From NCBI GenBank assembly GCA_964640635.1, contig CAZXFD010000001.1, positions 17,273 through 81,272 of the forward strand: a DNA stretch of 64,000 bases. The letters run 5' to 3'. Source of the stretch: an uncultured Gammaproteobacteria bacterium. Its GTDB lineage: Bacteria > Patescibacteriota > Patescibacteriia > UBA1558 > S5-K13. Below the pieces are notes generated by a model. It was not told the DNA's origin and made no database searches. It saw nothing but the letters and a program-made list of their open reading frames with translations. This document shows positions 19,164 to 30,712 of this stretch, one piece after another; position 1 is the stretch's first letter, and every line of letters starts with the position of its first letter. The position numbers and the translations under genes are program-made.

Positions 19164-20642
19164 ATGGATAAAAATCAGAATAAAATTTACATTACAACGC
19201 CTATCTATTATATCAATGACCGTCCTCACATTGGTCATGCTTATACTACTATAATTGCAGATGTACTCGCACGATATTATAGACAAAAAATAGGTAGTGA
19301 TAATGTTTTCTTTTTGACAGGAACAGATGAGCATGGTGCAAAAATATCTGAAAGTGCTATAAAATATAATTTAGACACACAAGATTTTGCAAATATGATA
19401 AGTAATGAATTTGTTGATGCTTGGAAAAGGTTAGATATTTCAAATAATGATTTTATAAGAACAACAAGTGAAAAACACAAAAGTATTGTGCACGATATTT
19501 TACTTAAACTAAAAGAATCAAAAACCCCACTTGGAAATGATGTTTTATATGAATCAGAGTATGAAGGATTGTATTGTGTGGGATGTGAAAAATTTATTAC
19601 AGAAAGTGAACTTGTAGATGGAAAGTGTCCAGATCATAATAGAATTCCAGAAAAATTGAAAGAAAAGAATTGGTTTTTTAAGTTGTCGGATTTTATTCCA
19701 AGTATTATAGAAAAAATAAAAAATGATGAAATAAGCGTTTATCCAGAAACAAGAAAAAATGAAGTTTTAGGGATATTAGAAAAACAAAATTTGCCAGATT
19801 TCTCTATTTCAAGATCTATAAAATCAGTTCCATGGGGAATAGATTTGCCTTGGGATGAAAATCAAAAATGTTATGTGTGGGTAGATGCCTTATCAAATTA
19901 TATTACAGCGCTTGATTATCCTGATGGGGTTGATTTCAAAAAGTTTTGGCCCGCCGATATTCAGCTTATGGCACTTGAAATACTTAAGTTTCATGCAATT
20001 TTTTGGCCAGCAATTTTAATAGCACTAGACTTGCCACTCCCAAAAAAATTAGCAATTCACGGATTTTTTACAATAGATGGAAAGAAAATGAGTAAAACGC
20101 TAGGGAATGTAATAAACCCAAATGATTTGGTAGAAAAGTATGGGCCTGATGTAACAAAATATCTTATTTTGTCTCAATTTGGATTTGGATCAGAGAGTGA
20201 TATAAATGTATCTGAATTTCCAGCAAAATATAATGCTGATTTGGTAAATGGATTAGGAAATTTGGTAAATAGAGTTACAAAAATGGTAGAGGATTATCTT
20301 GGTGGAATAATTGATATAGATTTTAAGGAGTCGAGTTTTTTAGATAGTGAAATTAGTGAAAAAATAGAAAATCTCAATTTTAGAGATGCGCTTTTGAAAA
20401 TTTGGCAAGTTATTCAAAAAGTTAATGTCGCAATTGATATTAATAAGCCTTGGGAGCTTTCTAAGTTTGAAGAAAAGAAAGAAGAATTGAAAATTAATTT
20501 ACAGGCCATTGTTAAAAGTATATATAGTATTGCACTTTCTCTAAAACCATTTATGCCAAATAAATCACAAGAGATTATAGATATTTTAACAGCAGATAAA
20601 ATTGTAAAACCCGAGTTCCCATTGTTTCCTAGAATAGGGTAA
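19164..20642 (+). CDS. metG: Methionine--tRNA ligase
   Basis: HIGH motif (RPHIGHAYT), KMSKT (KMSKS) motif and Zn knuckle CVGCEKF...CPDH. Confidence 0.9.
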   Translation: MDKNQNKIYITTPIYYINDRPHIGHAYTTIIADVLARYYRQKIGSDNVFFLTGTDEHGAKISESAIKYNLDTQDFANMISNEFVDAWKRLDISNNDFIRTTSEKHKSIVHDILLKLKESKTPLGNDVLYESEYEGLYCVGCEKFITESELVDGKCPDHNRIPEKLKEKNWFFKLSDFIPSIIEKIKNDEISVYPETRKNEVLGILEKQNLPDFSISRSIKSVPWGIDLPWDENQKCYVWVDALSNYITALDYPDGVDFKKFWPADIQLMALEILKFHAIFWPAILIALDLPLPKKLAIHGFFTIDGKKMSKTLGNVINPNDLVEKYGPDVTKYLILSQFGFGSESDINVSEFPAKYNADLVNGLGNLVNRVTKMVEDYLGGIIDIDFKESSFLDSEISEKIENLNFRDALLKIWQVIQKVNVAIDINKPWELSKFEEKKEELKINLQAIVKSIYSIALSLKPFMPNKSQEIIDILTADKIVKPEFPLFPRIG

Positions 20643-20798
20643 TTTACAATTTTCAATTTCAAATTTTTAATTGAATCATTATTTATTATTTATAATTTAT
20701 TCGCTATTAATAATTTATTAATTTGCTATTAACTATTTAAAAATAGACAAATAGTAAATCAATTTAAAATTGCATAATAGTAAATAGGAAATAAGCAT

Positions 20799-21515
20799 AT
20801 GAATTACATCGACATTATAATTTTGGTAATCCTAGCCTTTTTTATATTTGGAGGCTTGAAAAAGGGATTGGTTAGATCTGTGGGCGGAATTTTGGGTATT
20901 TTTGTAGCTATTTATTTTTCTATACATTTTTACCATGGATTTGCTTCGTGGCTCGAAAATACATTTAGCTTTTTTTCTGGAACAGTAGCGGACATAGTTT
21001 CTTTAATTTTGTTGTTCATATTAATAAATGCTATATTTTCTGTTTTGATTTATTTTGTAGATAAAATTTTCTCATTACCAATTCTTAATTTTTTCAATCA
21101 TTTATTTGGAGCTATATTTGGACTTGTTGAAGGTGCTCTTTTGATAGCAATTTTATTATTGATTTTAGCTCGCTTCGGAGTGGGTGCAGATATGTTTGAA
21201 AATTCAAAAGTGACCCCTTATGCTGAAAAATTTACAACTATAATAAGTCCACTTTTGCCAAAGGATTTAAAACAGGTATCTATTTCTAATTTTTTGGAAA
21301 ACTCGTGGATAAATAATTTGAAAGAGTCCATAGCTAATTTACCAAGAGATATAAAAAGTGTTGATGATTTATCTAATTATCTAAAAGAGAACGTGGGGCT
21401 TAGCGAAAGCGTTATACAAGATATAAAAAATACTCAGTTTAAGGGAAAAACAAATTTGACTGTTGAAGAAATAAAAATAAAGCTCCAAGATTATTTAGAA
21501 AGTATTAAGCAATAG
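20799..21515 (+). CDS. CvpA-family membrane protein
   Basis: N-terminus MNYIDIIILVILAFFIFGGLKKGLVRSVGGILGI and four hydrophobic helices. Confidence 0.5.
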   Translation: MNYIDIIILVILAFFIFGGLKKGLVRSVGGILGIFVAIYFSIHFYHGFASWLENTFSFFSGTVADIVSLILLFILINAIFSVLIYFVDKIFSLPILNFFNHLFGAIFGLVEGALLIAILLLILARFGVGADMFENSKVTPYAEKFTTIISPLLPKDLKQVSISNFLENSWINNLKESIANLPRDIKSVDDLSNYLKENVGLSESVIQDIKNTQFKGKTNLTVEEIKIKLQDYLESIKQ

Positions 21516-21531
21516 ATTTTAATATAGCCAT

Positions 21532-22347
21532 ATGTTAATAGACACTCATGCACATTTGAACTTTGAGGCATACGACAGCGATCTAGAGGATGTTGTTAAA
21601 AGATGCATTGACTTTCCTATGATGGTGATAAATGTAGGATCACAGTTTGATACATCAAAAAAAGCCGTAGAGCTTTCAAAGCATAAAAATTTTTATAGCT
21701 CATTAGGACTTCATCCAATACATGTATTTGATGAAGATTTTATTTTGGAAGATTATCAAACTTTGATTGATGACAACACTTCGACTTCGCTCAGTGCGTA
21801 TTCGCAAGTTGTTGCGATAGGAGAAACAGGTTTAGATTATTTTCATATAAAAGAAAAATCTATTCCAATTGATGAGGTTATAAAAAAACAAAAAGATATT
21901 TTTATATGTCATATTGATTTAGCACGACAAAATAATTTACCGCTTATTTTGCACGGTAGAAATTCGCAGGAATTAAATACGTGTTATAGGGATATTTTTA
22001 GGATATTAAAATCAGAGGATTATTTTAGCGGTGTCGTTCATTGCTTTGGAGGAGGCGTTGACGAGGCAAGGGTAGCTCTAAATTTAGAATTATATATTGG
22101 ATTTACTGGTATAATTACATTTCCAAAGGCAGAAGATTTACGTGAGGTTGTAAAATTTGTGCCACTTGATAGAATACTCATAGAAACAGATTCTCCATAT
22201 TTAGCCCCTCAAGCAGTAAGGGGCCAAAGAAATGAGCCTATTTATGTAGAAGAAGTAGCAAAAGAAATAGCAAGGATTAAAGGGTTGGACGTAGAAGACG
22301 TGATAAATGCTACGTGGGAAAATGCAAAAAATCTTTTTAAAATTTAA
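21532..22347 (+). CDS. tatD: TatD family metal-dependent DNase/hydrolase
   Basis: MLIDTHAHLNF, GETGLDY and the histidines of the TatD fold. Confidence 0.85.
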   Translation: MLIDTHAHLNFEAYDSDLEDVVKRCIDFPMMVINVGSQFDTSKKAVELSKHKNFYSSLGLHPIHVFDEDFILEDYQTLIDDNTSTSLSAYSQVVAIGETGLDYFHIKEKSIPIDEVIKKQKDIFICHIDLARQNNLPLILHGRNSQELNTCYRDIFRILKSEDYFSGVVHCFGGGVDEARVALNLELYIGFTGIITFPKAEDLREVVKFVPLDRILIETDSPYLAPQAVRGQRNEPIYVEEVAKEIARIKGLDVEDVINATWENAKNLFKI

Positions 22348-22358
22348 TTTAAAAACAT

Positions 22359-23393
22359 ATGCTAAACTATATTATATTAATATTGCTCGTCGTTCTTATA
22401 GGAATGATTTTTGTTTTATTAAAGAAAAAAGATATTGCAAAAGATGATCAATCATTTTTAATGCTTCAAGGTCAGCTAAATGAAATGAGTAAGACGCTGG
22501 ACTCAAAACTTAATGATTCAAATCAAATGATTCATTCAAAGATGACAGAGAGTCTAGATATTGTAAAAAACGTTACCCAAAGCCTCACAAAACTTGATGA
22601 GACAAATAAGCAAGTAATGGGATTTGCGCAGCAACTTCAATCATTAGAAAATATTTTGAAAAATCCAAAACAACGTGGAATTCTTGGTGAGTATTATTTG
22701 GAAACAGTTTTGAAAAATGTGCTTCCACCAAATTCCTATCAAATGCAATACAAATTTAACAATGGAGAAATAGTCGATGCTGTAGTATTTGCAAAAGAAG
22801 GAATTATTCCAATTGATTCAAAATTTTCTCTAGAAAATTACAATAAAATACTAGACGCTCGAGATGATGGAGAAAAAGAAACTTTAGAGAAACTATTTAA
22901 GCAGGATTTGAAAAATCGTATTGATGAGACAAGTAAATATATTAGACCAAAAGAAAAAACAATGGAATTTGCTTTTATGTTTATTCCATCCGAAGCAATT
23001 TATTATGACTTACTTGTAAACAAAGTTGGTGCAGTAAAAGTAAATACAAGAGATTTAATTGAGTATGCATTCCGCGAAAGAAAAGTAATTATTGTTTCTC
23101 CTACTACATTTTTGGCATATTTGCAGACTGTCATGCAAGGCCTTCGCGCCTTAAAGATAGAGGAGTCTGTAAAAGATATTTTGAAACATGTCTCAAATTT
23201 ACAAAATCATATAATAAGCTATGAGGAATATTTGAAAAAGCTGGGCAATAATCTTGGCACAACAGTAAACATGTATAATAGTGCTTATAAAGAATTTGGA
23301 AAAATTGATAAAGATGTTGTAAAAATTACAGGCAAGGAAACAAAAATAGAGCCAGAGCTTATTGATAAGCCAAAAACAAGTGATGAAGCATAA
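22359..23393 (+). CDS. rmuC: DNA recombination protein RmuC
   Basis: N-terminal TM helix, a long coiled-coil and the RmuC core (RGILGEYYLETVL...FIPSEAIY). Confidence 0.65.
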   Translation: MLNYIILILLVVLIGMIFVLLKKKDIAKDDQSFLMLQGQLNEMSKTLDSKLNDSNQMIHSKMTESLDIVKNVTQSLTKLDETNKQVMGFAQQLQSLENILKNPKQRGILGEYYLETVLKNVLPPNSYQMQYKFNNGEIVDAVVFAKEGIIPIDSKFSLENYNKILDARDDGEKETLEKLFKQDLKNRIDETSKYIRPKEKTMEFAFMFIPSEAIYYDLLVNKVGAVKVNTRDLIEYAFRERKVIIVSPTTFLAYLQTVMQGLRALKIEESVKDILKHVSNLQNHIISYEEYLKKLGNNLGTTVNMYNSAYKEFGKIDKDVVKITGKETKIEPELIDKPKTSDEA

Positions 23394-23424
23394 AGAATGA
23401 AGGATAAAGTACGTTGATTTAAAA

Positions 23425-23460
23425 TAAAAAACGCCTGGTTATTGACCGGGCGTTTATAAT
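23425..23460. terminator. Bidirectional terminator between rmuC and the convergent 23477 gene
   Basis: cgcctgg-ttattga-ccgggcg with an A-run upstream and a T-rich stretch downstream. Confidence 0.55.
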
Positions 23461-23476
23461 TAACGAAGAAAGTTTT

Positions 23477-23776
23477 TTACTTAGCTATTTTCTCAACATC
23501 GATTTCTATAGAAATTTTTGGTGATGATTTTGGGATGGTATAGATTGAAATGGTTTGACCATCATTTTGGCCAACGTTTTTATGACTTAGAATAAGCAAG
23601 CGATCATCCAATATTTTTAGGGTTAGAATGACTGGCTTTGGATTTTCTTTGCTTCTATTCATTTTATTCAAAAGAGTTGCATAATTATCAAATTGCTCTT
23701 TTGAAACTACGGAGTTGAGTATTTCTTCACCACTAGAATAAATTATGATTTTATATGTGCGCACTTTAGCACTCAT
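23477..23776 (-). CDS. Hypothetical protein
   Basis: 99-aa ORF, convergent with rmuC, sharing a bidirectional terminator. Confidence 0.4.
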   Translation of the reverse strand: MSAKVRTYKIIIYSSGEEILNSVVSKEQFDNYATLLNKMNRSKENPKPVILTLKILDDRLLILSHKNVGQNDGQTISIYTIPKSSPKISIEIDVEKIAK

Positions 23777-23890
23777 GGGACCCCCTATTTTTTTATTAAT
23801 TTACTATAGCTTATTGGTTTTGTGTTTATTTGTCAATAAAGTGATAGATATAAAAAACCACCAAGTCATTTGACTCAGCGGTTATAATAT

Positions 23891-24870
23891 TTACATTTGA
23901 CATTGTGCGCCTTGATGACACAGATTTTTTCTTTTACAGCTCTCTTTGCATTGTGCGTGTTCCGGATCTCCAAAGAGATGCGGTATTTCTTCTTCGGTAA
24001 CGGCAACTTGTTTATTGCCAGGATGACCGAAAATTAACACAAAATATCTTTTGTCATCTTTATCAAAGAATGCAGTTTCTTGTCTTGCTTTTTCTATGAT
24101 GTCAGACACAGTTACATTTGTGAGATGGTTGATGATGATACAACTTTTTGCACCAAGCTCTTGGAAGTTTTGAGCAGCTGATTCAATTCGCATTTGTTCC
24201 TCCTCAATCTTATGATTCACATGGTTGTGGGAATTTTACATTTATTGGCCAAAAATTTTGGGGATTACAGGGGTTTGTTTCCACCTCTTTTATAAAGGCT
24301 ATTGGTGGAATAATTCTTTTTTCAGTATGGAAAATTTGGTAATGTTTCAAACTTTCATCGTGACATTGAATGCGGACAACCTTTCCGATTTGTAAATCGT
24401 CTATATAACACTCAGATATTCCAATTAGCACTTGATTTTGTTTGGAAAAATCAGTTTTTGAATCGTAGCGTTGTTTAACAAATTCCACTGCTTGAATGTT
24501 CATATTCTCTCCTAGATTTTTTTGATATTTTTTTGTTTTTCGATATTACTTGATTTGCTATATGATACAAAAACCCATTTAGATTAGAAGCAATCAAATC
24601 TTTTTTGATTTTATCTATCTTTGCTTTTTGTAATAAAAATCTTACGTGAGGCTCTATGCACTCCGCAATAAATATCATTTGACTCCCTTCATCATCTTTT
24701 AAAAGGTGAATGTTTGGAATAAGACTTTTTATGACATTATTGGATGTAAAGAGTTGAAGTTCTTTAGATATATCTTCAAACAAACCACTAAGATTTTCTT
24801 CTCGTATCTCACAATCAAAATTACAATTAAAACATTTTTGATCGCATTTTATAAGTCTTTTGTCTAGCAT
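23891..24870 (-). pseudogene. Three consecutive overlapping ORFs (131, 97 and 109 aa) in successive frames: possibly a frameshifted gene of about 325 aa, or three small genes
   Basis: The ORFs 24870-24475, 24503-24210 and 24220-23891 overlap by 29 and 11 nt. The first carries the Cys cluster CDQKCFNCNFDC. No family was recognised. Confidence 0.3.
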
Positions 24871-25004
24871 ATATCCTCCTAATTTATAACTATTTAAAGA
24901 ATGATAATCTTTTTTTTATTTTCTGTCAATTCTCGCTTGTTAGAGTACGGTGTAATTAAAAAAGCACCCTTCGACTTTGCTCAGGGCGCTTTTCTGTTTG
25001 AAAA

Positions 25005-26996
25005 TTATATAAGTAGTCCTATTATAAGAAGCGCAACAATATTAACAATTTTTATCATAGGATTAATTGCAGGTCCTGCTGTATCCTTGTAAGGATCTCC
25101 AACCGTGTCTCCTGTTACAGCGGCTTTGTGAGCATCAGAGCCTTTTCCGCCATGATTTCCAAGTTCTATATATTTTTTAGCATTATCCCAAGCACCTCCT
25201 CCAGATGTCATAGAAATTGCTACAAATATTCCAGTAATAATTGTTCCCATTAAAAGTCCTCCAAGAGCAGGCACGCCAAGTATAAAGCCAACAAGTATTG
25301 GAGCAAGTACTGGAATAAGAGATGGAACTATCATTTCTCTAATAGCAGATTTTGTAACAATATCAACAGTTCTACCATAATCTGGTTTTTCTGTGTTTAG
25401 CATTATCCCTGGTTTTTCTTTGAACTGTGCCCGGACGTCTTCTACTACCGCTCCTGCTGCACGTCCTACTGCTTGCATTGATAGAGCACCAAAGTAGTAT
25501 GGTAGAAGTCCACCAAGAAATAATCCTATTAGAACATATGGATCGTTGATTAAAAATTGAACACCATTTGCACTTTGAGAAAAATCTGCAAATAATACTA
25601 GGGAGGCTAGAGCAGCGCTACCAATAGCATAGCCTTTTGTAACTGCCTTTGTGGTATTTCCAACAGCATCTAGTGGGTCTGTAATATTTCGGACATCATC
25701 TCCTAGTTCTGCCATTTCTGCGATTCCACCAGCATTGTCAGTAATAGGACCATAAGCATCAATAGTAACAATAATTCCAGCCATTGAAAGCATCGAAACT
25801 GCTGCAATAGCAATTCCATATAATCCCGCTAGAGAATATGCACCAAGAATAGCAAGGACAATTGCAATAATAGGAAGTCCCGTAGATTTCATAGAAACTG
25901 CAAGTCCTGCAATTACATTTGTGCCATGTCCTGTTTCAGACGCTTTTGCAATTTGTTTTACTGGAGCGTATTTTGTTGAAGTAAAATATTCTGTAATGAC
26001 TACAAGAGCACCAGTAACTAATAGTCCAATAATAGAAGCTAAATACAAATTCATCACACTATATTTTCCATTATCTTTCATTACCCAATTTATGACAGGA
26101 TAAAATGCAATCGCAGAAAGAACTCCTGCTGCAATAAGGCCTTTGTAAAGAGCCATCATGATATTTTGGGATTTTCCAAGTCTGATAAAATAAATTCCTA
26201 TTATTGATGCAATAATTGAAACAGCACCAAGAATAAGTGGGAATAATATATACATTTCATTTGATCTACCAAATGTCAAAACCCCAAGAATCATTGCTGC
26301 AATTGAAGTAACGGCATATGTTTCAAAAAGGTCTGCGGCCATTCCAGCACAATCTCCTACGTTATCACCAACATTGTCAGCAATTACAGCAGGGTTTCTT
26401 GGATCATCTTCTGGAATTCCTGCTTCAACTTTTCCAACGAGATCTGCGCCTACATCAGCGGCTTTTGTAAATATTCCGCCTCCAAGTCTAGCAAATATAG
26501 AAATAAGAGATCCTCCAAATCCAAATCCAATTAAAGCATGGATATCACGAGTTATAAGATAAAATCCTGCAGTTCCAAGAAGTGCAAGTCCTACAACAAG
26601 CATTCCAGTAATACTTCCGCCTTTTACAGCAACACCAAGCGCTTTTTTCATGCTGGTTTTTGCAGCTTCAGTAGTTGTGACATTTGCACGAACCGAGATG
26701 TTCATTCCAATATATCCAGTAAGAGCAGATAGTATCGCACCTATTATAAATGCAGTAGCAGTAGTCCATCCAAGACTTGGTACAAATCCAATAATTATAA
26801 ATAGTGGTATTGCCACCATAAACACTGTTTTGTATTGTCTGTTTAAAAATGCTTTTGCACCCGCTTGAATAGCATGAGCAATTTCTTGCATTTTTTCATT
26901 GCCTTTTGGAAGCTTAAGAATTGATCTAATTGAAATTGCCCCATATAGTATTGCTACTAGAGCACTTCCAATTATCAGAATTGAAGTGATTTCCAT
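25005..26996 (-). CDS. hppA: Membrane-bound proton/sodium-translocating pyrophosphatase
   Basis: 663 aa with about 15 TM helices and the signature [22 protein letters not shown]. Confidence 0.92.
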   Translation of the reverse strand: MEITSILIIGSALVAILYGAISIRSILKLPKGNEKMQEIAHAIQAGAKAFLNRQYKTVFMVAIPLFIIIGFVPSLGWTTATAFIIGAILSALTGYIGMNISVRANVTTTEAAKTSMKKALGVAVKGGSITGMLVVGLALLGTAGFYLITRDIHALIGFGFGGSLISIFARLGGGIFTKAADVGADLVGKVEAGIPEDDPRNPAVIADNVGDNVGDCAGMAADLFETYAVTSIAAMILGVLTFGRSNEMYILFPLILGAVSIIASIIGIYFIRLGKSQNIMMALYKGLIAAGVLSAIAFYPVINWVMKDNGKYSVMNLYLASIIGLLVTGALVVITEYFTSTKYAPVKQIAKASETGHGTNVIAGLAVSMKSTGLPIIAIVLAILGAYSLAGLYGIAIAAVSMLSMAGIIVTIDAYGPITDNAGGIAEMAELGDDVRNITDPLDAVGNTTKAVTKGYAIGSAALASLVLFADFSQSANGVQFLINDPYVLIGLFLGGLLPYYFGALSMQAVGRAAGAVVEDVRAQFKEKPGIMLNTEKPDYGRTVDIVTKSAIREMIVPSLIPVLAPILVGFILGVPALGGLLMGTIITGIFVAISMTSGGGAWDNAKKYIELGNHGGKGSDAHKAAVTGDTVGDPYKDTAGPAINPMIKIVNIVALLIIGLLI

Positions 26997-27171
26997 AATC
27001 AGTTATTTATTAATGTTTAGTTATAAAATAAGCCTTTATAGGCTCTTATACATAAATATAGCGAAAAATGGGCTAAAATGCAAGAATAGGTATAAGGGGT
27101 GGGGGTAGGGTGTAATGATAAATAATATCATATTTTTTGACTAGCCTCTTTAAAAAGGCTAAAATGAGGAT

Positions 27172-27675
27172 ATGTTAAAAAAACAAAATAATATAGGATT
27201 TATTGATGGCCAAAACTTGAATATGGGGATTAAGAATTTGGGCTGGTCACTAGATTTTAAGAAATTTAGAGTTTATTTAAGAGAAAAGTATTCTGTTCAA
27301 ACGGCATATATTTTTATTGGATATGTTCCTTCAAATCAAGATTTATATTCATCCTTACAAAAGGATGGCTATGTACTTGTTTTCAAACCGACCATTCCAG
27401 ATCAAGATGGAAATCTCAAGGGAAATGTAGACGCAGACCTTGTTTTACATGTAATGCTTGAATATAATAATTTCAATAAAGCGATTATCGTAACAAGTGA
27501 CGGAGATTATTATTCTCTTATCAAGCATCTATATAAAAACAAAAAATTAGAAAAAGTTATTAGTCCTCATATAAACACTTGTTCAAGTCTTTTGAAAAAA
27601 GAAGCAAAAAACAAGATTATCTTTATAAATAACTTAAAGAGAAAATTAGAGTATAAAAAGAAAAATACCGCCTAA
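27172..27675 (+). CDS. NYN-domain (LabA-like) putative RNase
   Basis: IGFIDGQNL ... DADLVLHVM ... IVTSDGDY matches NYN/LabA acidic residues. Confidence 0.7.
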   Translation: MLKKQNNIGFIDGQNLNMGIKNLGWSLDFKKFRVYLREKYSVQTAYIFIGYVPSNQDLYSSLQKDGYVLVFKPTIPDQDGNLKGNVDADLVLHVMLEYNNFNKAIIVTSDGDYYSLIKHLYKNKKLEKVISPHINTCSSLLKKEAKNKIIFINNLKRKLEYKKKNTA

Positions 27676-27703
27676 AGACGGAACATTAGGAGGTATTTTT
27701 CAT

Positions 27704-30700
27704 GTGTATTCTAAAGTTATTATATCAAATAAATTTACTATGTCAATAACAGATAAAATAAAGGTTAATGCACAGCAAAAAATAGCTATAGAGCACGGAA
27801 ATGGTCCACTTCTAATAGTTGCAGGAGCTGGAACTGGAAAGACAACTGTGCTTACTCAGCGCGTTTTGCATTTGATAGAATCTGAAAATTTAGCACCTGA
27901 TGAAATATTAGCGCTTACCTTTACTGAAAAAGCGGCAGCAGAAATGCAAGATAGAATTGATAGAGAGCTTCCATTTGGCTATGGTGATCTGTGGGTAATG
28001 ACATTTCATTCTTTTGCTCAGAAAATTTTGGAGCGAGATGGAATAGATTTAGGGCTTCCAGCAAAGTTTAAGGTACTTGATGAGTCAGGCGCTTTTATGA
28101 TGATGAGGAAAAATCTAGACAGATTTGATCTAGACTATTATAAGCCACTTGGAAATCCATCAAAATTTATAAAAGAATTATTAAAACATTTTTCTCGTTG
28201 TAAAGATGAGCTTATTTCTCCACAAGAATATTTGGACTATGCTCAAAAGTTAAGGTTAAATAATGACAATAGTGATGATGAAGGTATTGATTTTGAAATA
28301 AAAAAAATAAGCGAGCTTGCAAGCGCTTATCATACGTATGAACAATTATTACTTGACAATGATTCATTAGACTTCGGAGATTTGATAACATATTGTATAA
28401 AACTTTTTAAAGAAAGGCCAAACATATTAAAAAAATACAGGGAATTGTTTAAATATATTTTGGTAGATGAATTTCAAGATACAAACTACGCTCAATATGA
28501 GCTTATCAAAATGCTAGCTCATCCAAAAAACAATATTACAGTAGTCGGAGACGATGATCAGAGTATCTATGCTTTTAGGGGCAGTTCTATGAATAATATT
28601 TTAGGATTTAAAAAAGACTACGGTGATGCAAAGGAGGTGCTTCTTACAAAAAATTATAGATCCGCACAGAATATATTAGATTTATCATATAATTTTATTC
28701 AGCAAAATAATCCCGAGAGACTTGAGATAAAATTGTCAGAGGGTATGCCGAGCGGGAAAAAACTTAGCAAGAAATTGGGTTCGCAAGTTGACTATGTTGG
28801 AGAAATTGCAGTAATTCAAGGAAGTGATGAAAATGATGAGGCTAGAAAAATAATAGAAAAAATATATGAAATTTTGAAAGTTGATACAGATAATTTGAGT
28901 TGGAATGATTTTGCGATATTAACTCGCGCAAATGCATCTGCAAAGCCTATTATTGGAGCATTAAAGAGTGCTAATATACCATATCAGTATATTGCTTCAA
29001 GTGGATTGTACGAAAAAGAAATTATAGTTGATATTGTTTCATATTTACGACTTTTGGATAATTATCATGAATCTTCGGCTATGTGGCGAGTATTGAATTT
29101 TAGGTTTTGGCAAATACCGACAAGAGATGCAGTGAACATTTCTCATATGGCAAGAAAGAAATCGATTTCTATTTATGAAATTATAAGAAATCCTAGGGTG
29201 TATTTGAAATTATCTAGTGATACAGAAAAAAAATTAAAAACAATTAATGAATTAATAGAAAAACACACTGATCTTGCACTCAAAGAAAATATTTGGGCTA
29301 TTGTCTGGACGTTTTTAAATGATAGTGGATACTTAAAATGGATTGACTCTCAGGATGAATTTCAAAAGCAAGAAATTTTTAGCTACTTAAATCAGTTTTA
29401 CAAGAAGATACAATTATTTATAAGAGAAAGCGATAGTATAAATGTAAAAGATTTTTTGATATTTTTTGATATGGAACTTGAGTCAGGAGATAGTGGAAAG
29501 CTTACAAGTGATGTAGATGATGGTCCAGAGGGAATAAAAGTTATGACAGTTCATGGTGCAAAGGGACTTGAATTCAAATATGTTTTTATAATTTGTCTTG
29601 TGGATAAAAGATTTCCAAGTATGGAAAGAGGAGAGGCAATTTCAATACCAGATAAGCTTATAAGAGAAGTTATCCCAGGTGGCGATGTTCATTTGCAAGA
29701 AGAAAGACGCTTGTTCTATGTTGCAATGACGAGAGCAAAAAAAGGCCTTTATTTTACATGGGCACTTGATTATGGTGGAACAAGGGAAAAAAAGCCATCA
29801 AGATTTTTGCATGAATTAGAGCTTATAAAAATAGAAGAAGAGTTCATTCGTGAGAATAAAAATGTGTTTTTATCTGGCGTGTTTGAAGATTTGAGTGATG
29901 AGACAATTCGCAAAGAAGATTTCAAAAAACTTTTACCAAAACAATATTCATTTTCTCAACTCAAAGCTTATGAGACTTGTCCAAGACAATATTATTATTC
30001 TCATATATTGAAAATACCGGTAAGTGGTAAGGGTCAATTTAGTTATGGAAAGACAATGCATCTAGTTTTGCAGAAATTTTTTCAGCTTTATTTACTTCGT
30101 AAAAATAATAATCAGTCGAGCTTGTTTGAATCTAATAAAAAAAATAATTCTGAAGATAAAGTTTTTGTATCACGTGAAGAACTCTTCAAGCTTTATGAGG
30201 AAAGTTGGCAAGAGGATTGGTTTTTGGATGACACTACAAAGCAAAAATATTGGGAAATGGGTAGAGTGACTCTTGAAGAGTTTTATTCTGAGATAAAGGC
30301 TAACATGCCAAAAGTAAAATATTTAGAGAAAGGATTTAATTTTAAAGTAGATAATTATAGCTTTAAGGGTGAGATAGATAGAGTGGATGAAGTAAGTGGA
30401 GGAGTAGAAATCATTGACTATAAGACGGGGGAGCCAAAGGAAAAATTGTCTTTTGAAGACAAGGAACAATTATTTATTTATCAAATGGCGTATGAAGAAA
30501 TATTCAAAGAAAAAGTGGTCAATCTAAAATTTTATTATCTAAACAATGGAACAGAAGTAAATTTTATAGCCAAAGAAAAAGATATAATCAAAATAAAAGA
30601 AAAATTACTAAAATCAATAGAAGGAATAAATAGTTGTAATTTTAGTGCAAACCCAAATTCTTTTATTTGCAAATATTGTGATTTTAAAAATATCTGCCCA

Positions 30701-30712
30701 TTTAAGGAATGA
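27704..30712 (+). CDS. UvrD/PcrA-like superfamily-1 helicase fused to a C-terminal PD-(D/E)XK (Cas4/AddB-like) nuclease with a Cys cluster
   Basis: Walker A AGAGTGKTT and UvrD motifs (VDEFQDTN, GDDDQSIYAFRG, TVHGAKGLEF). The C-terminus has CPRQYY, EIIDYKTGEP and CKYCDFKNIC. GTG start, with RBS aggagg 9 nt upstream. Confidence 0.8.
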   Translation: MYSKVIISNKFTMSITDKIKVNAQQKIAIEHGNGPLLIVAGAGTGKTTVLTQRVLHLIESENLAPDEILALTFTEKAAAEMQDRIDRELPFGYGDLWVMTFHSFAQKILERDGIDLGLPAKFKVLDESGAFMMMRKNLDRFDLDYYKPLGNPSKFIKELLKHFSRCKDELISPQEYLDYAQKLRLNNDNSDDEGIDFEIKKISELASAYHTYEQLLLDNDSLDFGDLITYCIKLFKERPNILKKYRELFKYILVDEFQDTNYAQYELIKMLAHPKNNITVVGDDDQSIYAFRGSSMNNILGFKKDYGDAKEVLLTKNYRSAQNILDLSYNFIQQNNPERLEIKLSEGMPSGKKLSKKLGSQVDYVGEIAVIQGSDENDEARKIIEKIYEILKVDTDNLSWNDFAILTRANASAKPIIGALKSANIPYQYIASSGLYEKEIIVDIVSYLRLLDNYHESSAMWRVLNFRFWQIPTRDAVNISHMARKKSISIYEIIRNPRVYLKLSSDTEKKLKTINELIEKHTDLALKENIWAIVWTFLNDSGYLKWIDSQDEFQKQEIFSYLNQFYKKIQLFIRESDSINVKDFLIFFDMELESGDSGKLTSDVDDGPEGIKVMTVHGAKGLEFKYVFIICLVDKRFPSMERGEAISIPDKLIREVIPGGDVHLQEERRLFYVAMTRAKKGLYFTWALDYGGTREKKPSRFLHELELIKIEEEFIRENKNVFLSGVFEDLSDETIRKEDFKKLLPKQYSFSQLKAYETCPRQYYYSHILKIPVSGKGQFSYGKTMHLVLQKFFQLYLLRKNNNQSSLFESNKKNNSEDKVFVSREELFKLYEESWQEDWFLDDTTKQKYWEMGRVTLEEFYSEIKANMPKVKYLEKGFNFKVDNYSFKGEIDRVDEVSGGVEIIDYKTGEPKEKLSFEDKEQLFIYQMAYEEIFKEKVVNLKFYYLNNGTEVNFIAKEKDIIKIKEKLLKSIEGINSCNFSANPNSFICKYCDFKNICPFKE

